Positions 1-9,326 of a DNA stretch of 49,616 nt are shown piece by piece (position 1 is the stretch's first letter; the number at the start of each line of letters is the position of its first letter). The DNA is taken from contig CAZTVF010000027.1 of NCBI GenBank assembly GCA_964616985.1, positions 1 to 49,616 on the forward strand. The letters are read 5' to 3'. Under the pieces are notes generated by a model that worked only from the letters and a program-made list of their open reading frames with translations, had not been told where the DNA came from and ran no database searches. The DNA is from an uncultured Planctomycetaceae bacterium. GTDB taxonomy: Bacteria > Planctomycetota > Phycisphaerae > SM23-33. The position numbers and the translations under genes were made by a program.

Positions 1-365
1 AGGAATTCTGGGGCATGCTCAAGGCGGCCGGCAAGGAAGTGATCTTCATGGTCGATGGCTGCATCGACAAGTACGCCGACGACATCTTCGCCTGCGGCGC
101 CCGCGGCATCATCAGCGAGCCCTACACCGACTACCGCCAGATCGCCCGCAAACACAAGGACTGCTTCCTCGCCGGCGAGGGCGACAACCGCGTGCTGTTC
201 CGCAACAACCCCGACGAGATCGACGCGATGGTCAAGCGGATGGTCGAGACGGCCGGCATGACCGGCGGCTACATGATGTGCATCGGCAACCACATCCCCT
301 GGAACATCCCCCCCGCCGCCATCAAACGCTACCTCGACCGCTCGGCGGAGTGGGCGAGGAGATAG
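1..365 (+). CDS. URO-D/MtaA-like (uroporphyrinogen decarboxylase family) protein, C-terminal fragment; 5' end lies outside the window
   Basis: The ORF is open to the window edge. Its C-terminal sequence ...MMCIGNHIPWNIPPAAIKRYLD... resembles the end of the URO-D-like fold. A stop falls at 363-365. Confidence 0.45.
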   Translation, partial: EFWGMLKAAGKEVIFMVDGCIDKYADDIFACGARGIISEPYTDYRQIARKHKDCFLAGEGDNRVLFRNNPDEIDAMVKRMVETAGMTGGYMMCIGNHIPWNIPPAAIKRYLDRSAEWARR

Positions 366-367
366 AG

Positions 368-414
368 GGGGGGCGGCCTTCCTGCCTCCGGCAGGCAAGC
401 CCAGGCCGCCGCCT
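368..414. repeat. Partial or variant copy of the GGCGGCCTTCCCAGGCCGCC REP-like element, with an internal TGCCTCCGGCAGGCA palindrome inserted
   Basis: gggcggccttcc-tgcctccggcaggcaag-cccaggccgccgcc sits directly after the stop of the first gene. It matches the arms of the elements at 12607, 22327 and 49509. Confidence 0.4.
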
Positions 415-457
415 GTGACAGAGCGAGGCAGAGGAACATGATGCTACTGTCTTCTGG

Positions 458-502
458 GTCCCGTAGGGACCGCTGAAGTTAGCCCAGTCGTCCCTACGGG
501 AC
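458..502. terminator. Bidirectional terminator-like hairpin between convergent genes
   Basis: A perfect inverted repeat GTCCCGTAGGGAC (458-470) / GTCCCTACGGGAC (490-502) has 13-bp arms and a 19-nt spacer. It lies between the stop of the + gene (365) and the stop of the - gene (539). Confidence 0.5.
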
Positions 503-538
503 GCAGCAGCAGAACAGTCCACCGAGTCCTCCGTAACG

Positions 539-3418
539 CTACCGCACGTCGCGATAGGCGTGCGTGGCGACGTCGAAGAATTGGCCCTCGAACGAGCGGA
601 TGAGCGTGGTGTAGACGCGGAGGCGGAGGTCGTTTGGGCCGCGGCGAAGCTCAGCCGCGTCCACCTGCACGAGCCTGGGCGACCAAGGCATTGCGTGCCA
701 GGGCCCGCCGTTGAACGACACCTCGCACGCATCCTCGAACGAGCCCGGCAGGTCCATCTCCACCAGCACCGGCCCTGCGGTTTGGGGCGGCGCGAGTTCG
801 ACCGCCGCGGAATACTCGACGACCCCCGCGTAGTGCGGCAGGCGGTTGGCGCTGTAGTTCTCAAACTCCCCCGCCGTCGGCGGGGCGACCAGCGATGTCC
901 CGGTGAGTTCGACGCCGAAGCCGCCGGCGAGATAGAGCGCGTTGCGCAGGCCGCCGTCCATGCGATCCGTTTCCACCGTCACGGCGATCGTATTGGGCCC
1001 GGGCTGCAGCAGCGGCGTGATGTCCACGCCCACGCTGCCGCGGACGTGCGCGCGGCTGGGGACGAAATCCGCCGCCCCCAATGCCCGCCCGCCATTGATG
1101 CGGATGGACCACTCGCCCACGAGGGTCTCGGGCTCCATCACGAGTTCAACGGCGCCGGCGTAGCGGTTCTCGAATGCGGCCTCGTACAGCACGCACAAGG
1201 TGGGCAGGTTCAGCTGCGGCACGTCGCCGAAGAAGCCCTCCACCCGGGGCGAAATCCGGAACCCGCCCTTGGCCAACTGGTTCACCAGCGGCACGGCCGG
1301 AACCTTCGCCCGCTGCACCGGCGAGTCCTTCGGCAGCGACATCTCCCATTCGTACAGCCGCAGCACGTTGGGCGCCAGCGGCGCCACCCGCATGAGGCCT
1401 GCGACCCCCGCACGGATGGTCGGCGGCGCGATCGCCGCGGCCGAGGCGTCGGCGGCCGACGTCAGCAGCACCGACTCGAACGGCGCGATCGTGCGGGTAT
1501 ATTGGCCGCTCTCGCCAGCCAGTCGCGGCGGCAGTTCGTCATCCAGCGCGATCTCTCGCAGCGGCTCGGGGTGCTCGATCCGCAGCTTCACGCGCCGCCC
1601 GCCCGTGTTCAGCAGCAGCCAGACCGTGCGGTTGCCATCGGTCCTTCGCACGGCTTGAATGTCGTCAAGGCCCGCATCATCGGAGGCGATGGCGATCGCG
1701 GGCGGTGTGCTCCTTGCGATCGCTTCCGCCCAGCCGGCCGCGTCATTGGCAACCGCGTCCTCAATCACCGTCCCGCCGGCCTGCTTAAAGGTCGTCAGCC
1801 ACGCGGCAAGCTCGTCCTCCACAAACCGCATCGGGGGCACAACCACGACCTCGGCGCGAACATCGCGGACGGTGACTGCCCCGGCCTCGATGCTGCCGGC
1901 CTGGAGGATGTCGGTATCGACGACGAGAAAGTCGATTCGCCGCGCGGCCAGCCCCTGCAGGAGCGACTGGTAGAACGTGCAATGGCCGCCGTCGGGGAGG
2001 CCCGACGAAGGGTCCACCACCAGCACGCGCGCGTCGATGCGGGTGCCCTCGAACGCCCGCCCGATCCGCTCGACCCGCCGGGCCAGGTGCGGCCACTGCG
2101 GCCACCAGGGCATCTGGAAGAAGAAGCTCGGCGGCGCGTCGTGCTTGCGGAGGGCGTGCGTGCTGTAGAAGGCCGCGTGCGGCACGAGGTGCTTGACCCC
2201 CAGCAGCAGCAGTCCTTCGGCGATGAGTCGGGCATCCTGCAGCGTGGCCCCCCAGCCCAGGCTGTGGTAGCACTCGCACATGCTGCCGCTCTTGCCGTAG
2301 AAGTACGCCGCCGACGCGGTCGCCCGCGCGTTGCCCCGGGCGATGCCGCCCAGCAGGTCCATCTTCGCGCCGGCCTTGGTGTGGCCGGGCTCGCAGCCGG
2401 GGACGTCCAGGTGCCGAAGCTGCGAGAGGCGATACGACGGCTTCTCGCCGACGTTGGCCACGCGGTGCTCGCGGCACCAGCGGGCGATGGGCTCATCGAA
2501 GCTGCGGGTGAACATCTCGTACTGCACGCGGGACAGGTCGCGCAGCACCTGCAGGTGCCGCGGGTGAGAGGCATCCTGAAGCGCCGGCAATAGCGGCAGC
2601 ACGTCGTAGCCGCACCGCCGCTGGAACTCCGCCGGCACCAGGGCGGACCATGAGGGGCCCGTTTCATCCATGAAGAACGAACGGATGCTTATGCCCATCT
2701 CGGCCCTGAAGTGACGGGCGTACCACTGGTGCGTGAGGGCGATGAACCGCTCCACGGCGGCCGGGTTCATCACGTCGGGGAAGAAGCCCCAGTACTTGTG
2801 ATGCTCCTGCAGCACCTGCACCGACACATAGATGCGGTGCGGCTCGTCAGGCAGGAAAGCCTCCAGCGTCGGCGTTGGGCGGTTGGCGAAGTAACGTTTG
2901 CGATTGTACGAGGTCAGGCCGGTTTCCTGGTACGTTTCGTCGGGCAGCGTCATGCCCACAGAGGATAGAAGATCGATTTGTTGGCCCCATTGGGCATTTC
3001 CCGCAATGTCCAGCGGGCAGGCAACGCAGGCGAGCACCTTTCCGCGAGGCAACGGGAGTACCAGGTGCCGTCCACCCGTCTCATGCCTCGTCTGCACCAG
3101 TTGCGTCGCGGCCAGCTGCGGTTCGCCCAGGGCCACCATCCCGCCGGCGGCGCCGCTGGGGTAGGGGTACTCGTCGCCGATGTGCACGCTGAGGCCCAGC
3201 CGCTTGGCCTCGTCGACGGCTGCGGCGACCAGAAAGAAGTACGCCCCTGAGAGGTAAGGCTGCCGCAGCCCCTGGCGGGGGTGAATGAAGAAGCCCTTGA
3301 AGCCCCCCGCCGCCATCTCGCCCACCTGCCAGCGGATCTCGGCCTCGGTCATGTTACCGTTCCAGAACCACAGCGGGTAGAAGCCCCAGTCCATCGGTGC
3401 GTCGGCATCGGCGGTCAT
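539..3418 (-). CDS. Large glycoside-hydrolase-like protein (959 aa), family unassigned; N-terminal catalytic-type domain plus C-terminal galactose-binding-like beta-sandwich; no signal peptide
   Basis: ATG at 3418 is preceded by AGGAGA. The N-terminus MDWGFYPLWFWNGNMTEAEIRWQVGEMAAGGFKGFFIH is typical of a group of uncharacterised GH-like proteins. The 959-aa ORF looks protein-like in composition. The antisense 677-aa ORF is Arg/Gly/Ala-rich junk. Confidence 0.6.
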   Translation of the reverse strand: MTADADAPMDWGFYPLWFWNGNMTEAEIRWQVGEMAAGGFKGFFIHPRQGLRQPYLSGAYFFLVAAAVDEAKRLGLSVHIGDEYPYPSGAAGGMVALGEPQLAATQLVQTRHETGGRHLVLPLPRGKVLACVACPLDIAGNAQWGQQIDLLSSVGMTLPDETYQETGLTSYNRKRYFANRPTPTLEAFLPDEPHRIYVSVQVLQEHHKYWGFFPDVMNPAAVERFIALTHQWYARHFRAEMGISIRSFFMDETGPSWSALVPAEFQRRCGYDVLPLLPALQDASHPRHLQVLRDLSRVQYEMFTRSFDEPIARWCREHRVANVGEKPSYRLSQLRHLDVPGCEPGHTKAGAKMDLLGGIARGNARATASAAYFYGKSGSMCECYHSLGWGATLQDARLIAEGLLLLGVKHLVPHAAFYSTHALRKHDAPPSFFFQMPWWPQWPHLARRVERIGRAFEGTRIDARVLVVDPSSGLPDGGHCTFYQSLLQGLAARRIDFLVVDTDILQAGSIEAGAVTVRDVRAEVVVVPPMRFVEDELAAWLTTFKQAGGTVIEDAVANDAAGWAEAIARSTPPAIAIASDDAGLDDIQAVRRTDGNRTVWLLLNTGGRRVKLRIEHPEPLREIALDDELPPRLAGESGQYTRTIAPFESVLLTSAADASAAAIAPPTIRAGVAGLMRVAPLAPNVLRLYEWEMSLPKDSPVQRAKVPAVPLVNQLAKGGFRISPRVEGFFGDVPQLNLPTLCVLYEAAFENRYAGAVELVMEPETLVGEWSIRINGGRALGAADFVPSRAHVRGSVGVDITPLLQPGPNTIAVTVETDRMDGGLRNALYLAGGFGVELTGTSLVAPPTAGEFENYSANRLPHYAGVVEYSAAVELAPPQTAGPVLVEMDLPGSFEDACEVSFNGGPWHAMPWSPRLVQVDAAELRRGPNDLRLRVYTTLIRSFEGQFFDVATHAYRDVR

Positions 3419-3464
3419 AGCATCTCCTGTCGGGGTGGCGATTGAGCGGGCCTCTTGGCCGCTG

Positions 3465-5498
3465 CTACCGCGCCACGGTGAGCCTCGCGGCGGCGCCGGC
3501 GTGCTCGTGCTGGGGCAAGGGCACGGTGAGCGAAAGGCTATCCGGCCTCGACAGCTTCACGGTCACGGCCGCAGCCTGCCCCGCCGGGTCCGCCAGCGTC
3601 AGGTCGATCCGCCCCTCCACCGGCCGGTAGAGCACGATGCAGGGGGCATTGACCGCGAGCGACTGGGCGTCGGGGAACTCGACCGCCCCGGCCTCGTAGA
3701 ACACCGCGTGGCCGCGATGCTCCTTCGCGTGCCAGACGGCCTGGACCTGCACATCGTTTCGAGTGATTGTCAGCGGGGAGACATCCACGGCATCGGCCGC
3801 CAGACCCGGGGCGACCACGTAGGCATATTCCGCGTCGCGAGGTCCCGGCCCGTGATCGATCGCCGCCGTGAACACCGCCTGCGACTGCGGCTCGCCGGAG
3901 CCCACGCCGCAATCGCTCCACGCACCGTGCTGGGTCTGCAGGCGCATCTCGCCCTGGCCGCGGAGGATGGCATAGCCCACGCCGTCGTGCGAGAAGGCCG
4001 AGCCGGCCGCCAGCGCGTGCACGCCATCGGCCAGCGGGGCCGATCGGCCTTTGATGAAGACGCTGCCGCGGCGGCGGCATTGGTTGATTGTGGTGCACAC
4101 AGGCACATCGGCTGCAGACGCGATGCCCGCGCCCAGCGCCACCATGCAGCGGTCGAAGAAGAACCACGCCTTCTTCGCCGACAGCGTCATGCGGCTGAAG
4201 TCCATGGCTGCGCAGCCGACCTCGCCATCGCTGGCCCCGCCGGCGAAGGCCCGCTCGCCGCGCCGCACCAGTTCATCCACGTTCATCGGCCTCGGGTGCT
4301 GCTCGACCGTCGCGCCGGGCACGCGTCGCCAGTTCCACACGGAGAAGACGTCGCGATATTCGTCGCCGTCGCGCATCACGAAGCTGCCGCCCTCGGCCAG
4401 GTGGTGGCAGAGGCGGCCCTCGCCGCCGCCGCAGGGGAAGTCGACGTTCTCGAGGCGGTCGCTGGCGACGCGGACGGAGATGCAATAGTCATCGCGGTGG
4501 TGCACCATAAGGTTGCCCGACCAGAAGTGCCGGTTGCCGGACACGAACGACTTGCGCGCGTCTTCGCCCGCAGCCGCGATGGCGGCGAACTCCTCGCGCC
4601 GTGGGTGCTCCACCCTCGCCATCAGATTGGCGGCGCGGAGGAATCGCGAGTTCTCATGGCCAGCGCGGCTGATCTCGCGCCCGATGGCCCCGTACTCGAA
4701 TGTTCGCCCGCGGACCATCCAGCGGCTGCCGTCGAGCAGGAAGCGGGCGAACAGGTCGACCCCGTGCCGCGGCCACGCGTACGCCGTGCCGTCGGCCAGC
4801 CAGATGAAGCGGGCCACGTCGGCGGCGAAGTTCTGGCCGTACCCGCCGGAGTACAGCAGGCGACCGTGCTGGAAGAAACTCATGTCCGGCTGCAGGCCTT
4901 CCTCGGCGGGGCAGACGCGGACCTCGCGGCCGATGAGCTGCATGCCCTGCGAGACGAGGGCCGGGTCGTCGACGAGCAGCCCGTGGGCGACCTCGACGCC
5001 GGCGGTCCAGACGAGGTTGGCGCCCGTGAATCGCAGCACCGGCTGGTGAGACTCAAAGGCGGGCACGGCCCGCGCGATGTAAGAGCGGTCGCATGAGCCA
5101 TGCACCCGCATCAGCACCTCGGCCAGCAGGGCCGGGGCGCCGATCTGCATCCACCACCAGTTGGGGTTCTGCGGCGAGCGGTCGTACCAGAACCGCAAGC
5201 CGCACAGCACGGCCTGGAGCATCTCGTCCGGCCGCGACGCATCGCCCGCCGCCCCACCGCGCCAGGCGCACGCCATCGCCAGCAGGCGTTTGAGGTGATT
5301 GCCGGCCGACCAGTAAATCAGCAGTTGGCAGCCGTAGTCCACGTCGGCCCACGAGCCGTCGGCCCGCATGGAGGCGCGGAAGCCCTCGGCCCCGGCGCCC
5401 ATGGCCGAGACGGCGTTGCCGTTGCTGAAGTGGGCATCGCTGCACCAGCGGTCGCGAATGACCGCCAGCGCCGCCAGGCGTGGATCTGGTTCTGCCAT
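3465..5498 (-). CDS. Polysaccharide lyase family 8 (chondroitin AC/hyaluronate/xanthan-lyase type) protein, 677 aa, no signal peptide
   Basis: The NPNWWWMQIGAP motif matches the PL8 catalytic Asn region (NWW.YEIG.P). The alpha-toroid N-terminal and beta-sheet C-terminal composition is consistent. ATG at 5498 lies 1 nt after the stop of the upstream gene, so the two form an operon. Confidence 0.7.
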   Translation of the reverse strand: MAEPDPRLAALAVIRDRWCSDAHFSNGNAVSAMGAGAEGFRASMRADGSWADVDYGCQLLIYWSAGNHLKRLLAMACAWRGGAAGDASRPDEMLQAVLCGLRFWYDRSPQNPNWWWMQIGAPALLAEVLMRVHGSCDRSYIARAVPAFESHQPVLRFTGANLVWTAGVEVAHGLLVDDPALVSQGMQLIGREVRVCPAEEGLQPDMSFFQHGRLLYSGGYGQNFAADVARFIWLADGTAYAWPRHGVDLFARFLLDGSRWMVRGRTFEYGAIGREISRAGHENSRFLRAANLMARVEHPRREEFAAIAAAGEDARKSFVSGNRHFWSGNLMVHHRDDYCISVRVASDRLENVDFPCGGGEGRLCHHLAEGGSFVMRDGDEYRDVFSVWNWRRVPGATVEQHPRPMNVDELVRRGERAFAGGASDGEVGCAAMDFSRMTLSAKKAWFFFDRCMVALGAGIASAADVPVCTTINQCRRRGSVFIKGRSAPLADGVHALAAGSAFSHDGVGYAILRGQGEMRLQTQHGAWSDCGVGSGEPQSQAVFTAAIDHGPGPRDAEYAYVVAPGLAADAVDVSPLTITRNDVQVQAVWHAKEHRGHAVFYEAGAVEFPDAQSLAVNAPCIVLYRPVEGRIDLTLADPAGQAAAVTVKLSRPDSLSLTVPLPQHEHAGAAARLTVAR

Positions 5499-5499
5499 G

Positions 5500-7704
5500 T
5501 TATTCGTACTCCGCCAGCAACATCTGGAACACCTTGAGCCTCGGGGCCGCCGCGTGCAGCGTGCCGTCAGGGTCCGTCGTGAACTTCACGGGTTTGAGCG
5601 ACGGGGCCGACAGCAGCCGCGTGAACTTCCGCCCCGCCGGCGGCCGCAGCGTGAACGGCACGCGCGGCAGCGGGATGGCCGGCAGCTGCGCCTGGTTGTT
5701 CAGGAAGCCCACGGTGATGCGCTTGTGCTCGGCCTGGTGGGCGGCATTCATCCACACGGCCGGGTGCGTCTGGGCGGCGAAGGTCAGCGGCTGCTCGCCG
5801 AGCAGCAGGCCCAGCAGGTGAAGCATGAGGCGGTCGTTGGCCTCGCTCTCGACCATCTCCAGGTCGGCGGCGCTGTAGATCGCCCGCCCGCGTCCAAACG
5901 TGTTCACGACGATCGCCGGGGCGCTGGTGTCCTCCCACGGCGGGGAACTGTGGATGCTGATCCACTTCTGATCGCCCAGGCCGCCCCACTCCTTGTTGTA
6001 GGGCAGGGTCACCGTCGCCAGCACCGTGCCCGTCGCGCCCTCGGCCAGGCGGATAACGCCCGCGCCCTCGCTGCCGCCCATGGCCAGGTGGCTGAGGTAC
6101 CGCTGCGGCTGGATCAGCCTGGCCAGCGCCGCGTCCTTGGCGTTCAGGTAGACCACCTTGCCGAAATCGTCGGCGGCCAGGTGACAACCGAAGACGTCGG
6201 CGAGCATGAAATCGTCCTGCCGGCCCTGGCGGCTTTCGACCAGCGACGAATGCCGGCTGGCGTACAGCCGCCCGCCGTCGGCCACGTACTGCCGGATCGC
6301 GTCGACCTCTTCTCGCGACAGCCGCAGCGCGTTGGGCAGGATGATGACCTTGTAGCGGCCCAGCTCGCCCAGCTGCTTGCGGGTGATGACGCCGAACGGC
6401 ATGTGCGACTGCTGCAGCAGCCGGCAGATGCCGCGGATCGCCTTCATGTGCGGGAAGTCCTTCTTCCAGATGTCGCTGTTGCGCATGTCGGTGCCGTTCT
6501 CGGCGAAATCCAACCGCGCGTCGTTGCCGAAGAACACGCCGATGTCCTCGATCTGCTCGCCGCCGAGGAAGGGCTCGTAGGCGGCCGTCTCGCGGAAGAT
6601 CTTGCCGATCCGCTTGTACACGGGCGTGTTGACCGTGCCGTCGGCGTTGACGGCGTCGATGAACAGGAACGCGCCCGAGAACAGCGTGGCGGCCTTGGCG
6701 GCCATCTCCATCTGCTCGTAGCTCTTGGTGCGCTCGTGATCCTGAAGGCTGACGCAGCGGCTGGTCATGAATTCCAGCGGCTTGCTGTTGGTCAGGCTGC
6801 TCATCAGCTTGCAAGTGACGAGCTGGTCGAGTGGATCGCCGTAGAAGTCGCCGCCGAGGAAGTCGCTCGCGTTGGCCGAGTCGACCGACGAGCCCATGGC
6901 CCAGCCGCGGGTGAGCGTGGCGCAGTTGTGATACACGGTGATGGCCGGCGCCTGCGGGTGGTGCTGGGCGTGGACCTTCTTGGTGTAGTCGGTGACGGTC
7001 TGGGCGAACTCGGCCATCCAGCCCTCGCGCGCGAGCTGGAACTGCGGCCACTCGGGCGTGAACCAGTCGATCTTCTCGGGGAATTCGGAGTGGTGCTCGC
7101 GACGGTAGCGGTCGCGGCAATGCGGGCACAGGCACATGCACGGCCAGAACGTCATGTCGTAGAACATGCCCACGAAGCAGTAGCCGCCCACGAGCTCGTC
7201 GATCTGGTCGTGCACGAACTTGCGGTAGTCGGGGTTGTTGGGGCACACCAGGCCGTACCGTGAGCCGGCGAAGCAGCCCAGGTCGCGGCGGTCGGTGACG
7301 TTCTGCCACGGCGCGTGCTGGCGCCACTCGGGCTTCTCCAGGAACGCCCAGTTATTGAAGATGACGCTGTAGTAGCCGCACGCGTCAATCTTCCGCTTGG
7401 CCAGCTCCGTGAGCATCTCGGCCACGATGTCGCGGCCGTGGAGGTTGGCGTGCATCTTGCCCGTCTTCGTGGGCCAGTAGCACAGGCCGATGTGCGACTG
7501 GCAGTAGAACATGGCCGAGCTCAGGCCGGCGGCCTCGTAGAGGTTCGCCATCCGCACGGGATCGTATTTAGTCAGGAACTTGTCGTTCCACTCGGTGATG
7601 TGCATGTCCACCAGCATGCGGCGGTAGCCGCGCTGGTACCACGGGGTCTGCGTCTGGCTCTCGGTCATGATTCGATGATCCTTTCTGGGTGCAAACAGGT
7701 TCAT
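5500..7704 (-). CDS. GHL6-like putative glycoside hydrolase with a beta-galactosidase-trimerisation/glutamine-amidotransferase-like C-terminal domain, 734 aa
   Basis: MLVDMHITEWND...YCQSHIGLCYWPTKTG resembles hypothetical GH-like family 6. A later segment IILPNALRLSREEVDAIRQYVADGGRLYAS resembles a Glyco_hydro_42M-like domain. An alternative ATG at 7668 (MTESQ...) has a better AAAGGA RBS than the ATG at 7704. Confidence 0.55.
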   Translation of the reverse strand: MNLFAPRKDHRIMTESQTQTPWYQRGYRRMLVDMHITEWNDKFLTKYDPVRMANLYEAAGLSSAMFYCQSHIGLCYWPTKTGKMHANLHGRDIVAEMLTELAKRKIDACGYYSVIFNNWAFLEKPEWRQHAPWQNVTDRRDLGCFAGSRYGLVCPNNPDYRKFVHDQIDELVGGYCFVGMFYDMTFWPCMCLCPHCRDRYRREHHSEFPEKIDWFTPEWPQFQLAREGWMAEFAQTVTDYTKKVHAQHHPQAPAITVYHNCATLTRGWAMGSSVDSANASDFLGGDFYGDPLDQLVTCKLMSSLTNSKPLEFMTSRCVSLQDHERTKSYEQMEMAAKAATLFSGAFLFIDAVNADGTVNTPVYKRIGKIFRETAAYEPFLGGEQIEDIGVFFGNDARLDFAENGTDMRNSDIWKKDFPHMKAIRGICRLLQQSHMPFGVITRKQLGELGRYKVIILPNALRLSREEVDAIRQYVADGGRLYASRHSSLVESRQGRQDDFMLADVFGCHLAADDFGKVVYLNAKDAALARLIQPQRYLSHLAMGGSEGAGVIRLAEGATGTVLATVTLPYNKEWGGLGDQKWISIHSSPPWEDTSAPAIVVNTFGRGRAIYSAADLEMVESEANDRLMLHLLGLLLGEQPLTFAAQTHPAVWMNAAHQAEHKRITVGFLNNQAQLPAIPLPRVPFTLRPPAGRKFTRLLSAPSLKPVKFTTDPDGTLHAAAPRLKVFQMLLAEYE

Positions 7705-7744
7705 TCATCGGCCCGGAATTCTGCCTCATAGCACGACCGGGTGC

Positions 7745-7793
7745 CATGCTTTTAGGCCCGAAGGGCCTGCCTGCCGGCAGGCCAAAAGCATGT
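7745..7793. repeat. Long near-perfect hairpin containing the CCTGCCGGCAGG palindrome; sits 3' of the BNR gene and in the promoter region of the GH-PL8 operon
   Basis: catgcttttaggcc / ggccaaaagcatg are the outer arms. The core gggcctgcctgccggcaggcc is a 12-bp perfect palindrome at 7768-7779. Confidence 0.5.
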
Positions 7794-7805
7794 TTGCCGC
7801 CCCGG

Positions 7806-7849
7806 GCCGGGACGGCCATGCGACGCACGGGCGAGACGCCCGTGTTACG
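7806..7849. repeat. Direct-repeat copy A (GCCGGGACGG ... GGGCGAGACGCCCGTGTTACG) flanking the BNR/sialidase-like gene
   Basis: It shares a 10-mer and a 21-mer (one mismatch) with 9265-9326 on the other side of the gene. Each contains a small hairpin cgggcg-aga-cgcccg. Confidence 0.5.
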
Positions 7850-7882
7850 CCAAAACGCAACGCCCGTGCCACGGCAGAGGCC

Positions 7883-9088
7883 TCACGCGCGGCCGAGCCG
7901 TTGTCGCCATTGGGCCAACCGGTGAAACGTGATCCGGTTGGAGTCATGGAAGTTGTTCGCGCCTCGGTACGCGGTGCGAACGAGGTATATAAGGTCGTCG
8001 CCGTCAAATTGCCAGTCCACGTACTGGAAACCCGTCAGCGACCGCGAGGGGCCCTCGGCCAGGCCGCTGTCGTCGGTCAGCAGCACGTCGGCGATCTGCC
8101 AGTTGCGAAGGTCGCGCGAGACGCACAGGCACAGCACATTCCGCTGGTAGGCACCGTCGTGGACGGGGCTGAACACGTCTCGCATCGCCTGCGACGCCCC
8201 GGCCGCCAGCATCTGGCGGGCCACGCTGCGAGTCGAGCCGGCCGCGGGATTCGAAAGCGTGACATACACCCCGGCCACGGCGTCGTGGCGGATCGTGAAC
8301 TTCGTCATGCCGCCGGGGAAATCGATGAACCCCGTCGCGGGATCGAACGTCACCCGCCGGCCGCCGTCTTCGACCTTCACGATCGCGGCCTTGTCAGCCA
8401 GCGGCTCGGAGTTCATCCGCAGGATGTTCCATATCTCGCCCGTCGGCGAGAGCACGCAGTTGCCCTCCAGCCAGCCGGGGTTCACCATCGGCCCCCACGC
8501 CGGGGGCACCCACGCGGGGTCGAACGCCAGCGAGTTGCTCATGGTCCAGCTGCAGGCGTCGAGCAGGTCGGCGTCCTGGGCAGCCGAGATGACGCATGAG
8601 CAAAAACCGCGGCCCCACACGCAGGGCGTGCAGTCCTCCACCGCTCGGTACAGCCGCCCGTCGTGGGCCAGCAGTGGCATGGGGCCGCAGTGATAGTTGG
8701 GCGGGTCGTGGTAGAAGCCGCCGGCGAACAGCAGGCCGCTGCCGGCGTCGGCCGGGTGTGTCCAGCGGTTGCCGCCGTCGTCGCTGCGGCGGATGACCAC
8801 CGAGCCGTACTGCTGCGAGCAGCCCAGCAGGTACACGCTGCCTCGGTGCACGAACAGCGTGCTCCAGAACGCGTTGGCGATATGCGTGACGTTCCGCCAC
8901 GTCCTGCCGTCGTCGACGCTGCGGTACACGCTGGTGAGGTGCTCCTCGTTCTGGTGGTTCTTCGGGCACCCCGACCCGAAATAGTCGTGCGTCGCCAGCA
9001 ACTCCCCGCCCGGCAGCCTCACAATGCTGGGGCTGCCCAGGTACGTCGCCGTCGCCGCATCCTGCTGCCGCAGTTCGATCAATTCCAT
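7883..9088 (-). CDS. BNR/Asp-box repeat exo-alpha-sialidase-like (GH33-like) protein, about 401 aa, no signal peptide
   Basis: Asp-box motifs RSVDDGRTW and RSDDGGNRW are present. The N-terminus SPSIVRLPGGELLATHDYFG resembles the sialidase RIP region. ATG at 9088 (MELIEL...) is preceded by GAGGAA. The longer ORF reaching 9247 lacks an RBS. Confidence 0.6.
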   Translation of the reverse strand: MELIELRQQDAATATYLGSPSIVRLPGGELLATHDYFGSGCPKNHQNEEHLTSVYRSVDDGRTWRNVTHIANAFWSTLFVHRGSVYLLGCSQQYGSVVIRRSDDGGNRWTHPADAGSGLLFAGGFYHDPPNYHCGPMPLLAHDGRLYRAVEDCTPCVWGRGFCSCVISAAQDADLLDACSWTMSNSLAFDPAWVPPAWGPMVNPGWLEGNCVLSPTGEIWNILRMNSEPLADKAAIVKVEDGGRRVTFDPATGFIDFPGGMTKFTIRHDAVAGVYVTLSNPAAGSTRSVARQMLAAGASQAMRDVFSPVHDGAYQRNVLCLCVSRDLRNWQIADVLLTDDSGLAEGPSRSLTGFQYVDWQFDGDDLIYLVRTAYRGANNFHDSNRITFHRLAQWRQRLGRA

Positions 9089-9264
9089 GGTTTCCTCACC
9101 GCCGCACGCTTCGTCAATAAAGCCGCGCGGCCGGGCGAAGATTCTACACCCTCCTGTGGCAATCGACACCAAAAACACCGTCGCATCAGGCGGCTGCGGC
9201 CGCGGCTGTTTCAGAAGCATGGGGGCGTACGCGCGAAGGGAGGTCACTGTTCCTGCTGTTGGCG

Positions 9265-9326
9265 GCCGGGACGGTGAGGCAAATCGAGCCCTTGCGGACA
9301 GTACTGGGCGAGACGCCCGTGCTACG
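9265..9326. repeat. Direct-repeat copy B (GCCGGGACGG ... GGGCGAGACGCCCGTGCTACG) upstream of the BNR gene
   Basis: See 7806-7849; the spacer here is 31 nt versus 13 nt. Confidence 0.5.

Noticed and set aside
560-2593. 677-aa + strand ORF antisense to the GH-like gene
   Set aside because: Arg/Gly/Ala/Pro-dominated composition typical of antisense frames in high-GC DNA. No RBS. It fully overlaps a motif-bearing gene.
9089-9247. N-terminal extension of the BNR gene to 9247 (454-aa form)
   Set aside because: The extension has no RBS. The internal ATG at 9088 has GAGGAA upstream, and the extension runs through the repeat-containing intergenic region.
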